A DNA stretch of 64,000 nt from positions 2,257 through 66,256 of the forward strand of contig JBLIEY010000001.1 of assembly GCA_047633475.1 (NCBI GenBank), written 5' to 3'. Positions 49,593 through 59,053 of the stretch are shown here, piece by piece. The stretch is from Sulfurimonas sp. GTDB taxonomy: Bacteria; Campylobacterota; Campylobacteria; Campylobacterales; Sulfurimonadaceae. The stretch's first letter is position 1, and every line of letters begins with the position of its first letter. The translations under genes and the position numbers were made by a program. The notes under the pieces are model-generated. The model was not told where the DNA came from. It saw only the letters and a list, made by a program, of their open reading frames with translations, and did no database searches.

Positions 49593-50082
49593 GATTATAG
49601 CTATAGTTGAGTTATTAATTATAACATCATTCTTTATATCATTTAGTTTTTTTATAAACTTGCAGATTGCATTTTTAAGTAGTCTATTTATTATTTTAGG
49701 ATCTTCATACTCATATAAAAAAATGATAATTAATCAAGTAGCATCTGATATAGTAGAAGATAAAAGAGATATCCTTGAGACAATAGAAGATCCCCATGAA
49801 CTATATGAGGACGATTCTATAAACTACGCTTCTGTTGAAGAGTTAGATTTAAAAACTATTGTAAAAGAAGAGAAAAAGAAGATTAAAACATTTAGTTTTA
49901 ATAGTATGAAACATGGGATTAAGGGAAGCACGTCTATGTTTAGACTTGTTCCATATGTGTTTTTAATATTAGGTTTTATAGCATTAAAAAATAATGAATT
50001 ACTTGATATTGCTGTTTATTTACCATCTTTGCTTGTGGGGATAGTTGTTGGTTCTGTTAGCGGTAAAGAGTTGTTTTCTTAA
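49576..50082 (+). CDS. Conserved membrane hypothetical protein
   Basis: GTG at 49576 behind a GAGGA RBS (the ORF track starts earlier); four hydrophobic segments around an acidic loop. Confidence 0.65.
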   Translation: MKKTIKIIAIVELLIITSFFISFSFFINLQIAFLSSLFIILGSSYSYKKMIINQVASDIVEDKRDILETIEDPHELYEDDSINYASVEELDLKTIVKEEKKKIKTFSFNSMKHGIKGSTSMFRLVPYVFLILGFIALKNNELLDIAVYLPSLLVGIVVGSVSGKELFS

Positions 50083-50094
50083 GAGACTTAACTC

Positions 50095-50778
50095 TTAAGA
50101 TTGAATCATTGGAATATTGATAGTTATTTTTTCTTGTACTTCAATGTAAAAATTCATATTTGAAGCTATAACTTTTAATTCATTAGCTTTATTTTGGTTG
50201 ATGCTTTTTGATTTTACTTCTATTGAAAAAATACTATATTTTTTATTTTCAAACTTGATATGTTCACCAACTCTGTAAAATATTTTAGTCTTAATTTCTT
50301 CATTGCCATCAAAACAAGAGTATATTTTATTTAAGATTCTTATGAAGCTATTTGTATTTATGATTATTTCTGGAATAGCTGGATCAAAATCATTTAAAAA
50401 TTTTGTATTTGAATTTATTGAGTTTGTTGATATACATAAATCTACAAGGGTATAAATATTTGTCAATTCACCAATTGGTTTAGGATTGTTAACCTTAAAA
50501 GATGGAACTCTGTATAGTTTTATCCCTATTCCTTCTTCATTTTCATAACCAACTGTTAGAGCGTAGAACTTGTATCTACCATATTCAAGTTCTACAAAAG
50601 TTGTTTTAAATCCAAAAGATACATTTGCGTAAGTTGTTGCTAATTTAAAAATCTCTTGTGAAGATATTATCCCTGAAAGGTATTGCGCTTCAGTGTTTAG
50701 TGATAAGACTTTTCCATTAGAGCTAAAGAGTATAAATGGATTATAATCATACTCTAGCCACTGTTGTTCAAAGGTCAT
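50095..50778 (-). CDS. Hypothetical protein: PAS-like N-terminus plus degenerate histidine-kinase-like C-terminus
   Basis: Starts 2 nt after the rpoD stop. PFILFSSNGKVLSLNTEA is PAS-like; DFDPAIPEIIINTNSFIRILNK resembles the HK catalytic-domain entry. The domain call is inference. Confidence 0.55.
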   Translation of the reverse strand: MTFEQQWLEYDYNPFILFSSNGKVLSLNTEAQYLSGIISSQEIFKLATTYANVSFGFKTTFVELEYGRYKFYALTVGYENEEGIGIKLYRVPSFKVNNPKPIGELTNIYTLVDLCISTNSINSNTKFLNDFDPAIPEIIINTNSFIRILNKIYSCFDGNEEIKTKIFYRVGEHIKFENKKYSIFSIEVKSKSINQNKANELKVIASNMNFYIEVQEKITINIPMIQS

Positions 50779-50780
50779 AG

Positions 50781-52634
50781 TTACTCTTCTATATAGCTTT
50801 TTAGCTTTCTACCAACTTTAGGGTGTTTTAGTTTTTTGATGGCACTTGATTCTATTTGACGAACACGCTCACGAGTAACGTTAAGTTCTTTTCCAATTTC
50901 CTCTAATGTCCTATCACTTTCATCATCCATAATTCCAAATCTTAGTTGTATAACAGCTTTCTCTCTTTCGTTTAACTGCTCTAGTACACCTTCGATTTGA
51001 ACTCTTAAGTCATCTTTTAGTATTGCATCTGCAGGTGAAATCGAGGATTTGTCTTCAATAAAGTCACCAAATCTACCATCATCTTCATTACCAATAGGTG
51101 CTTCAAGAGAGATAGGTTCTTTTGTGATTTTTATTACGTTTTTAACCTTCTCAACTGATAAACCAACTTCTAATGCAATCATTTCAACATCTGGCTCTTT
51201 ACCATGTTCTTGAAGGTGTTTACGCATAATTTTATTAATACGGTTAATCGTTTCTATCATATGAATAGGAATACGAATTGTTCTAGCTTGATCTGCAATA
51301 GCACGAGAGATTGCTTGACGAATCCACCATGTAGCATAAGTTGAAAATTTGTAACCTTTTTGGTATTCAAACTTATCAACTGCTTTCATAAGACCAATGT
51401 TGCCTTCTTGAATTAGGTCAAGAAATGGCAGTCCACGGTTAGTATATCTCTTAGCAATTGAAACAACAAGTCTTAAGTTGGACTTAGCCATCTTAGTCTT
51501 AGATATTTCAGAGATGTTTTTACCACGTTTAATTTGTTCTAAAATATCAAGAAGTTTCTCTGGTTCCATATCAAAACTATTTTTTGAAGCTTCTTTAGTT
51601 TGAACAAGTTTTTTAATTTCCATATATGTACTAACCATTGTAGCTTCAGGAACCATACCTGCAATATCTTCTTTAGTTAGTTCACAAATTTTACCTACTA
51701 AAACTTTGTGATTAGCTTTTAGTGTAGCATTAAAAAGTGGTAGTTTATACTCAAGTCTTTTTAATTCTTTATCGTAGCCATCATCACTCTTTAGAGCAGT
51801 TTCCATTGCTTTAACTAGTTCGTTAATTAGCTTTGATGTTGGTCCAAGATCTAAGAGCTTTTCTTTTAAAACTGATTTTTTGAATGTTACACTAAGAAGA
51901 TAATGAACAATCTCAGCAGTAACTTCACCATCTATATCATCAGGTGTTTTCTCAGTTAGTTTAGTCCATTCTTTTTTAGCTTTTTCAAGTGCTTTAAAGC
52001 TAAAAGTTACTTTCTCAACTCTACTTTTATCTTTTGCTGTTAATGTTTTTGTTGCATCTTCTTCACTAGCAGCTTCTCCATCAGTATCGTCAGTGTCTTC
52101 TTTTTCGTCTTCAAAACTTTTAAAAAGTTCTTTAACTCTTCTTTCACGATTTATAAGAGGTTCTCTGTAGTCTAAGATGAATCTTATAAGGTAAGGAACA
52201 GAACAAATTGCATCTATTATAATGCTTTCTCCACCTTCTATTTTTTTAGAGATTTCTATCTCTTCTTCTTTTGTAAGAAGAGGAATCTGTCCCATTTCAC
52301 GAAGATACATACGAACGGGTGAATCTGAACGAGACCATTCAAGAAGTTCATGCTCTTTTAAAATATCAAAACTATCTGATTCGTTATTTGCAAGCATCTT
52401 TCTCTGAGCATCTCTTCTTGCTTCAGCTTCTCTATCGTTAAGTTTCTTAGCGTGCTCACTTGAAGTGTATAGACAAGTTTTGTGTTTTGTCATTAGCTTG
52501 TGAATGTTTTTCGCTTGTGCCGCTGTTGGCTGTTTATCAAAAAGTTCAATTAGAGATTCATAAGTTCCACAATCTTTTGATTTGTGATCTGAAAAATATG
52601 AGTCTATAGCTTTGTTGAGTTCTTTTGCTGTCAT
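50781..52634 (-). CDS. rpoD: RNA polymerase primary sigma factor sigma70/80
   Basis: [43 protein letters not shown] and [10 protein letters not shown] motifs. Confidence 0.98.
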   Translation of the reverse strand: MTAKELNKAIDSYFSDHKSKDCGTYESLIELFDKQPTAAQAKNIHKLMTKHKTCLYTSSEHAKKLNDREAEARRDAQRKMLANNESDSFDILKEHELLEWSRSDSPVRMYLREMGQIPLLTKEEEIEISKKIEGGESIIIDAICSVPYLIRFILDYREPLINRERRVKELFKSFEDEKEDTDDTDGEAASEEDATKTLTAKDKSRVEKVTFSFKALEKAKKEWTKLTEKTPDDIDGEVTAEIVHYLLSVTFKKSVLKEKLLDLGPTSKLINELVKAMETALKSDDGYDKELKRLEYKLPLFNATLKANHKVLVGKICELTKEDIAGMVPEATMVSTYMEIKKLVQTKEASKNSFDMEPEKLLDILEQIKRGKNISEISKTKMAKSNLRLVVSIAKRYTNRGLPFLDLIQEGNIGLMKAVDKFEYQKGYKFSTYATWWIRQAISRAIADQARTIRIPIHMIETINRINKIMRKHLQEHGKEPDVEMIALEVGLSVEKVKNVIKITKEPISLEAPIGNEDDGRFGDFIEDKSSISPADAILKDDLRVQIEGVLEQLNEREKAVIQLRFGIMDDESDRTLEEIGKELNVTRERVRQIESSAIKKLKHPKVGRKLKSYIEE

Positions 52635-52726
52635 ATTAAAATATGCCTTAATGGTTAAGATTTTTTAAAGAGTGGATTATACCCAGATTTTTTTAAATAC
52701 ATCTTAATAATTTACTTATATTTTTT

Positions 52727-52743
52727 TTGGAACACCCTTTGCT
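52727..52743 (+). promoter_or_regulatory. Sigma54 (-24/-12) promoter of flgF-flgG
   Basis: TTGGAACACCCTTTGCT: GG at 52729-30, 10-nt spacer, GC at 52741-42, 35 nt upstream of a rod gene. Rod genes are the known sigma54 class in Campylobacterota. Confidence 0.88.
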
Positions 52744-52777
52744 TTTGTACAAATATATATGCGAATAAAGGGATTTT

Positions 52778-53599
52778 ATGCAAAGCGGATATTATAGTGC
52801 AGCAGCTGGTATGGTTACACAATTTAATCGTCTAGATACCATTTCTAATAATCTTGCAAACGTTAACACGGTTGGGTTTAAAGAAGATAACCTTATTGTT
52901 GGTGATTTTCAGCGTCTTTACAAAGAAGCAAGGGATGAACTATCTATTGAAAACAACTCAAAGCAAGGAGCTCAGTTTCTAAACCGTGCTATGACAAAAG
53001 CTCCTCAGATTGTAGATGAATATACTAACTTTTCTGTTGGCAATACACAACAAACTGATAATGATATGGATTTTGCTTTGTCTAGAGAAGGTTTATTTTT
53101 CTTGGTTAAAACTCCACAAGGGGTAAGACTAACAAGAGATGGTTCATTTACAATGGACGACAATGGAAAACTTGTTACTAAAAATGGTTATGAAGTTCTA
53201 GCAAATGATTATTTTGAAGCTGGTGGAAACATTACATTTAACAATGATGAAAACATTATAAAAGTTGACAAGAATGGAAAGATGTACAAGAACGTACCAA
53301 ACAGCGTAAAACTACTTGAAGATTCACATCTTTTTATTGCTCAGCCTGACAATATTAACTTTCTTAAAAAAGAAGGTGACAATCTTTACAGATATGATGG
53401 AAAAGATACTTTAAAAAGCTTAGATGAAACAGGTGCTGTTTTACAAGGCTTTACTGAGAAAAGTAATGTTAACGCCGTTAAAATGATGACACAAATGATA
53501 GAAACAAATCGTTTAGTTGGTATGTATCAAAAAGCAATGCAAACGCAAATGGATGATATGAATAGCGACGCAATTAATAAAATAGCTAAGAAAGCTTAA
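52778..53599 (+). CDS. flgF: Flagellar basal-body rod protein FlgF
   Basis: SNNLANVNTVGFK, LTRDGSF and EKSNVNAV motifs; precedes flgG. Confidence 0.85.
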   Translation: MQSGYYSAAAGMVTQFNRLDTISNNLANVNTVGFKEDNLIVGDFQRLYKEARDELSIENNSKQGAQFLNRAMTKAPQIVDEYTNFSVGNTQQTDNDMDFALSREGLFFLVKTPQGVRLTRDGSFTMDDNGKLVTKNGYEVLANDYFEAGGNITFNNDENIIKVDKNGKMYKNVPNSVKLLEDSHLFIAQPDNINFLKKEGDNLYRYDGKDTLKSLDETGAVLQGFTEKSNVNAVKMMTQMIETNRLVGMYQKAMQTQMDDMNSDAINKIAKKA

Positions 53600-53620
53600 T
53601 AAATACTAAGGAATTAAATC

Positions 53621-54409
53621 ATGATGCAATCACTTTATACAGCCTCAACAGGAATGTTAGGGATGCAGACACAGATAGATACTACAGCAAATAATATCGC
53701 CAATGTAAATACTATAGGTTTTAAAAAATCTCGTGCAGAATTTGCTGACTTGATGTACAAAGTTATGTCTTATGCTGGAACTGCTACTAGTGATGTAACT
53801 AAAAGTCCTACAGGTATAGAAGTTGGTCTTGGTGTAAGACCAACTTCTATAAATAAGATTTTTTCAGAGGGAAGTCTAAAGCAAACCGACAATCAACTTG
53901 ATGTTGCTGTTACGGGTAGGGGCTTTTTTAAACTTGAACTTCCTGATGGAACTGAAGTCTATAGTAGAAACGGAGCTTTTAAGGTTGATGACAATGGAAG
54001 CATAGTAAATAGTGACGGATATAAACTAATACCTGAAATCGTTATACCAGAAGACGCTACAAGTCTTAGTATTGGTACAGACGGTATTGTTACTGTTGTT
54101 CAACCAGGAGCAACTGAAGCTACTCAGGTTGGTCAAATGACGCTAACAAACTATATCAATCCAGCTGGGCTACACTCATTAGGTGATAACTTATTTTTAG
54201 AAACAGATAGTTCAGGACAACCAGTAGATGGAACTCCAGGAGTTGATGGACTTGGTAATTTAAGACAAGGCTTTGTTGAGCTTAGTAATGTTGAACTTGT
54301 TGTTGAACTAACTGACCTTATTACAGGTCAACGCGCATATGATTCTAATTCAAAAGTAATCACTACAAGTGATGAAATGTTACAAACTACAAACAACATC
54401 AAGCGATAA
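53621..54409 (+). CDS. flgG: Flagellar distal rod protein FlgG
   Basis: ANNIANVNTIGFKKSRAEFADL, GLGVRP, YINPAGL and ELSNVELV motifs. Confidence 0.95.
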   Translation: MMQSLYTASTGMLGMQTQIDTTANNIANVNTIGFKKSRAEFADLMYKVMSYAGTATSDVTKSPTGIEVGLGVRPTSINKIFSEGSLKQTDNQLDVAVTGRGFFKLELPDGTEVYSRNGAFKVDDNGSIVNSDGYKLIPEIVIPEDATSLSIGTDGIVTVVQPGATEATQVGQMTLTNYINPAGLHSLGDNLFLETDSSGQPVDGTPGVDGLGNLRQGFVELSNVELVVELTDLITGQRAYDSNSKVITTSDEMLQTTNNIKR

Positions 54410-54434
54410 TACACACTACCAAACTACTTTTTAA

Positions 54435-54456
54435 TGCCTTAGATTATTCTAAGGCA
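54435..54456 (+). terminator. Hairpin downstream of flgG (probable terminator or stabiliser)
   Basis: TGCCTTAGA-TTAT-TCTAAGGCA is a perfect 9-bp stem; the U-tract is weak. Confidence 0.5.
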
Positions 54457-54536
54457 CAATACCCTTACTATCTTCTTGTTCTTATACATAAAAACTATTT
54501 TTTAGATATAATTATTTTTTACATAAAGGAATTATT

Positions 54537-55121
54537 ATGCCTGAATTTGATCTAACTCTAGTGTCTTTATATATTTTAATTTTTTTGTTATTTGTTAGTG
54601 TATATTTAAATATAAAACAAAAACTAATATTTAATAAAAGTGAGCAAAGCAACCTAGTGCTTATTAAAAAAGCGTATTTTGATACTGTTTCGCAACTACC
54701 AAACAGAAGCAATTTGGATATTATCTTAAATGAGCAAATAGCAAGAGCAGTGAGACATAAAAAATCTTTTTTTCTTGCCGTAATTAGAATAGGAAACTAT
54801 AATAGTATTTCTTCGAGATCTAAAGAGCGTGCAAGCAATGTTATTCTTGACTCAAGTAATAGACTTTCAGGGTCAATACGTAACGAAGACACCTTATCAC
54901 GTATCTCTGATAACAGCTTTGCAATAGTTTTTAATGAGTACTTAGAAGAGGAAAACTTATCTATTATTACAGATAGAATAACAACAGCATTTGAAGAAAA
55001 ATTTTATGATGATAAAAATTCATTTAAAATTGAAATAACAATAGGAATAAGTAAATATCCAGATGATGCAACAGAGATAAATGAGTTAATTAATGAAGCT
55101 ATAAAAAAAGCTTTAAACTAA
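54537..55121 (+). CDS. Membrane-anchored degenerate GGDEF-domain protein
   Basis: Single TM; YFDTVSQLPNR present; RISDNSF replaces RxGGDEF; ITIGISKYP present. Confidence 0.8.
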   Translation: MPEFDLTLVSLYILIFLLFVSVYLNIKQKLIFNKSEQSNLVLIKKAYFDTVSQLPNRSNLDIILNEQIARAVRHKKSFFLAVIRIGNYNSISSRSKERASNVILDSSNRLSGSIRNEDTLSRISDNSFAIVFNEYLEEENLSIITDRITTAFEEKFYDDKNSFKIEITIGISKYPDDATEINELINEAIKKALN

Positions 55122-55180
55122 TACCAATCTCATTTTTGCTATAATCGCAAAAATATTTTACAATATATCTAGGATTTTAT

Positions 55181-55684
55181 ATGCAAAAAGCAAATATTGA
55201 TGGAAAAGTTTGGACTTTTGGAAAAGATATTGACACTGATCTAATAATCGCTGCTCGTTATCTTAATACGTCTGTACCGGAAGAATTAGCAAAACATGTT
55301 ATGGAAGATGCTGATCCGGAATTTTTAAATAATATGAGTAAAGGTGACATTATTGTTGCTGGTGAAAACTTTGGTTGTGGTAGCTCTAGAGAACACGCTC
55401 CTATAGCACTTAAAGCTGCTGGTGTTGCTGCAGTTATTGCACCAACTTTTGCAAGAATTTTTTATAGAAATGCATTCAATATGGGTCTTCCTATTTTTGA
55501 ACTTAAAGAAAGTGCAGAAATAAGTGAAGGTGATAAAATTAGCATAGATATGAATGCTGGTACAATTACAAATATAACTACAAATAAATCTTACAACTTT
55601 ACTCCTATCCCTGAATTCATGCAAGAACTTATAGATGCTGGTGGTTTGATGAATTTTGCCGTGAACGAAATTAAAGGTAAATAA
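55181..55684 (+). CDS. leuD: 3-isopropylmalate dehydratase small subunit
   Basis: [20 protein letters not shown] and [11 protein letters not shown] motifs. Confidence 0.95.
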   Translation: MQKANIDGKVWTFGKDIDTDLIIAARYLNTSVPEELAKHVMEDADPEFLNNMSKGDIIVAGENFGCGSSREHAPIALKAAGVAAVIAPTFARIFYRNAFNMGLPIFELKESAEISEGDKISIDMNAGTITNITTNKSYNFTPIPEFMQELIDAGGLMNFAVNEIKGK

Positions 55685-56751
55685 TGAAAAAATATAAAAT
55701 AGCACTAATTAAAGGTGATGGAATAGGTCCAGAAATTATTGATGAGGCAGTTAAAGTACTAGATGCTGTTGCTTCTTGCTCAGACTTTCAATTTGATTAT
55801 CAAGAAGTTTTGATGGGTGGTTGTGCGTATGACATCACAGGGGATCCTCTTCCTCAAGAAACTATAACTGTTTCTCTAAACTCAGATGCAGTTCTTTTTG
55901 GTGCTATTGGTGGAAATAAATGGGATTCTTTACCACGTGAGAAAAGACCTGAGAGTGGACTATTAAGATTCAGAAAAGAACTTGGGGTATATGCAAATCT
56001 TCGTCCTGCAGTAGTTTACAAAGAACTTATTAATGCTTCATCACTTAAACCGGAAATTATCAAAGGCGTTGATATAATGGTAGTTCGTGAACTTATCGGT
56101 GGTATATACTTTGGCGAACCTAAAGGTAGAACAGAAGATAAGGGTTGGAATACTATGGTTTACACTCGTGATGAGATAGTTAGAATTGCTCATCACGCTT
56201 TTAAAATTGCACAAACAAGAGATAAAAGAGTTTGTTCTATAGATAAAGCAAATGTTTTAGATGTTTCTCAACTTTGGAGAGAGGTTGTTACTGAAATATC
56301 TGCAGAATATCCAGATGTAGAACTTTCTCACATGTATGTTGATAATGCTGCTATGCAACTTGTTTTGAATCCAAAACAATTTGATGTAATGCTTACAGGA
56401 AATATTTTCGGTGATATTTTAAGTGATGAAGCCTCAATGCTTTGTGGCTCAATTGGTCTTTTACCATCAGCATCTGTTGGTGATAAGATAGGTGTTTATG
56501 AGCCTATTCATGGAAGTGCTCCAGATATTGCAGGTCAAGGTATAGCAAATCCAATTGCTACTATTGCATCTGCATCTATGATGCTTAGATATGCTCTTGG
56601 TGAAAATGTTGCTGCTGACAAAATTGACAAAGCAATTAAGAAGGCTCTTAGTGAAGGATATAGAACACAAGATTTAGCCCAGTTTGATGCTAAAGAAGTT
56701 TGTTCTACTAGCGAAATGGGTTCTATTATCGCTAATTATATAGTAAGATAG
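55684..56751 (+). CDS. leuB: 3-isopropylmalate dehydrogenase
   Basis: [21 protein letters not shown] and [12 protein letters not shown] motifs. Confidence 0.97.
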   Translation: MKKYKIALIKGDGIGPEIIDEAVKVLDAVASCSDFQFDYQEVLMGGCAYDITGDPLPQETITVSLNSDAVLFGAIGGNKWDSLPREKRPESGLLRFRKELGVYANLRPAVVYKELINASSLKPEIIKGVDIMVVRELIGGIYFGEPKGRTEDKGWNTMVYTRDEIVRIAHHAFKIAQTRDKRVCSIDKANVLDVSQLWREVVTEISAEYPDVELSHMYVDNAAMQLVLNPKQFDVMLTGNIFGDILSDEASMLCGSIGLLPSASVGDKIGVYEPIHGSAPDIAGQGIANPIATIASASMMLRYALGENVAADKIDKAIKKALSEGYRTQDLAQFDAKEVCSTSEMGSIIANYIVR

Positions 56752-56766
56752 AAATAGATAATATAG

Positions 56767-57015
56767 ATGCAAACTCTTACATTAGCAAATATTTATGAAC
56801 TTCAAGGTCTAAAAGAAGAGGCCTTGGATATTTACAAAGAAGTTTTAAAAAAAGATCCTTTAAATAGTGATGCAAAAATTGCGATTAGAAGGCTTTCGGG
56901 TATGAGAAAAAAGTTTTTAAATGTAAATACAGAGATGAAAGAGTTCTTTTTAAAAATGGAAGTTGACGTTGAATTTAACGAGTTTGAAAGGTGGTTATTG
57001 AAATCATGGAATTAA
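56767..57015 (+). CDS. Small TPR-like hypothetical protein
   Basis: TLANIYELQGLKEEALDIY is a TPR-like helix pair. Confidence 0.75.
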   Translation: MQTLTLANIYELQGLKEEALDIYKEVLKKDPLNSDAKIAIRRLSGMRKKFLNVNTEMKEFFLKMEVDVEFNEFERWLLKSWN

Positions 57016-57380
57016 AAGATGTGATACTGTCGACTTTGGCTGAAATGGAAGATAACGAAATTACTAAAAAAGTTTTACACAGTTCAATTAGGCCTCAAAG
57101 AACACAAACAATAGAAACAACTGAAAAAACACAAACATGTGAAGAAAAGCAAGAATCATCAATGTCTTTGATTAAAGAAATAAAAGAATCTTCATCAGAT
57201 TCCGAAATTTTATTTTTAAAATCTTTAAGAGAGAGACTTCTAGTTCTTTTTGAAGGTTTTCAAGCACCAAACAACACAAATATAGAAGCTAAAGTAGACA
57301 TGACGTTAAACTTTTTAGAGTATGCATTAGCAACTATAGATTCAAGAGCAGAACAGATAGAAAAAGGAAAATTAAAGTGA
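57006..57380 (+). CDS. CiaD-like conserved hypothetical protein
   Basis: MELKDVILSTLAE N-terminus and RERLLVLFEG...KVDMTLNFLEY C-terminus; upstream of purU as in Campylobacter. The start is reassigned to ATG 57006. Confidence 0.7.
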   Translation: MELKDVILSTLAEMEDNEITKKVLHSSIRPQRTQTIETTEKTQTCEEKQESSMSLIKEIKESSSDSEILFLKSLRERLLVLFEGFQAPNNTNIEAKVDMTLNFLEYALATIDSRAEQIEKGKLK

Positions 57381-58213
57381 GTCAATACAGAGTACTTATA
57401 GATGCAAATGATGAAAAAGGTTTAGTTCATAAGGTATCTACTGTTTTTTACAATCATAACTTAAATATGATTTCAAACAGCGAATTTGTTGATAGAGAAA
57501 ATAACAAATTTTTTATGAGAAGTGTAGTTGATGGAGATATTGATTTTGAAGAACTTAAAAAAGCTGTAACGGATGTCTTACCTAAAACAGCTAGTGTTAA
57601 AGTAATAGATCCTAAAAAGAAAAATATTATTATCATGGCAACTAAAGAACTACATGCACTCGGAGATATACTAATTCGTAATGAAGCTGGTGAGCTAGAC
57701 GCAAATATTTTGGCTGTTATCTCTAATTATGATAGCTTAAAATCTTTAGTAAGTAAGTTTAATATTCCATTTATAACTGTTTCACATGAAGGTTATGAGC
57801 GCCCAGAACATGAAGAAAAAATTATTGAGTGTATAGATAATTTTAAAGATGTGGATTACATTGTTTTAGCAAAATACATGCGTATTCTGACTCCTAGGTT
57901 TGTGGAGACTTATAAAGATAAGATTATAAATATACACCATTCTTTCTTACCAGCATTTATTGGTGCTAATCCATATAAACAAGCTTATAATAGAGGGGTT
58001 AAAATTATTGGTGCTACAGCGCACTTTGTAAATAACAACCTAGATGAAGGTCCAATTATAGCTCAAGAGGTCATACATGTTAATCACACTTATGGTTGGA
58101 AAGATATGCAACGCTCAGGTAAAGATGTAGAAAAAGTTGTTTTATCTCGTGCTCTAAAGCTGGCTCTTGAAGACAGAATATTTGTATATGCAAATAAAAC
58201 GGTTATCTTTTAA
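57377..58213 (+). CDS. purU: Formyltetrahydrofolate deformylase
   Basis: ACT-like N-terminus, VLAKYMRIL, INIHHSFLPAFIGANPY and LDEGPII motifs. Confidence 0.96.
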   Translation: MSQYRVLIDANDEKGLVHKVSTVFYNHNLNMISNSEFVDRENNKFFMRSVVDGDIDFEELKKAVTDVLPKTASVKVIDPKKKNIIIMATKELHALGDILIRNEAGELDANILAVISNYDSLKSLVSKFNIPFITVSHEGYERPEHEEKIIECIDNFKDVDYIVLAKYMRILTPRFVETYKDKIINIHHSFLPAFIGANPYKQAYNRGVKIIGATAHFVNNNLDEGPIIAQEVIHVNHTYGWKDMQRSGKDVEKVVLSRALKLALEDRIFVYANKTVIF

Positions 58214-58683
58214 TGTTTAATCTTGTACTAGTTAATCCTCAAATACCAAACAATACAGGTGCAATAGGGCGTTTATGCGTAAACGCAGGTGCTACTTTAC
58301 ACATAATCAAACCTATAGGTTTTGATATAGATGAAAAAGCTGTTCGTAGAGCAGGACTTGATTACTGGGAAAAGCTTGATTTACGGGTTTGGGAAAGTAT
58401 AGATGAGTTTTTTGAGAAAAATGAGATAACAAATAATGCACATTTTGCAACTACTAAAACAAATAGACCATACTTTGAAGCAGATTTCAAGGATGGTGAC
58501 TTTATCTTTTTTGGTAGTGAAACGGCCGGAATACCGGAAAGTATTTTAAATACTTATAAAGACAAAAATATAACTATACCTATGACAAAAGAGGGTAGAA
58601 GTTTAAATCTTGCAATCAGTACAGGAATAGTTCTTTATGATGCAATAAGACAAAATTATAGTCACTTTGAGGAAATATCATGA
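58213..58683 (+). CDS. trmL: tRNA (cytidine/uridine(34)-2'-O)-methyltransferase
   Basis: PQIPNNTGAIGRLC, RRAGLDYW, FGSETAG and RSLNLA SPOUT motifs. Confidence 0.92.
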   Translation: MFNLVLVNPQIPNNTGAIGRLCVNAGATLHIIKPIGFDIDEKAVRRAGLDYWEKLDLRVWESIDEFFEKNEITNNAHFATTKTNRPYFEADFKDGDFIFFGSETAGIPESILNTYKDKNITIPMTKEGRSLNLAISTGIVLYDAIRQNYSHFEEIS

Positions 58684-58832
58684 ATCCAGTAATAGATGGC
58701 ATAATGCTTGTTTTATTTATAATCTTTATGGTATTTATTTTTGGTGGTTACCATAAAAATAAATCTGGACAAAGAGAAGCACAGTTCAAGCGTGAAAAAG
58801 AAGAACAAGATAAGTTAAATAGTAAGGTTTAG
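58680..58832 (+). CDS. Small single-pass membrane protein (50 aa), absent from ORF track
   Basis: ATGA overlap with the trmL stop and a GAGGA RBS. Translates as MNPVIDGIMLVLFIIFMVFIFGGYHKNKSGQREAQFKREKEEQDKLNSKV. Confidence 0.7.
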   Translation: MNPVIDGIMLVLFIIFMVFIFGGYHKNKSGQREAQFKREKEEQDKLNSKV

Positions 58833-58835
58833 TTC

Positions 58836-58919
58836 TTAAAAAAGTTTACTTGCCCATACTTCGATAGAATTTTCAAATTTTTCAAATAGACTTTCTGCAT
58901 TTTTAATAATCATAGACAT
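58836..58919 (-). CDS. Small protein (27 aa), absent from ORF track, divergent from the S24 repressor
   Basis: AAGGA RBS 6 nt before the ATG. Translates as MSMIIKNAESLFEKFENSIEVWASKLF; TAA at 58838-58836. Confidence 0.55.
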   Translation of the reverse strand: MSMIIKNAESLFEKFENSIEVWASKLF

Positions 58920-59001
58920 AATATATCCTTTATTTAATATGGCATATACTACACATTTTTACATATTAGTATAAATAATATGGCATTTTGTCATAAATAT
59001 T

Positions 59002-59030
59002 TTGACTTTATTGCAAATTCATAGTATAAT
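59002..59030 (+). promoter_or_regulatory. Sigma70-type promoter of the S24 repressor gene
   Basis: TTGACT (59002-07), 17-bp spacer, TATAAT (59025-30); AGGAG RBS follows before ATG 59054. Confidence 0.75.
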
Positions 59031-59053
59031 TTAAAAAATATAGGAGAAATGTC

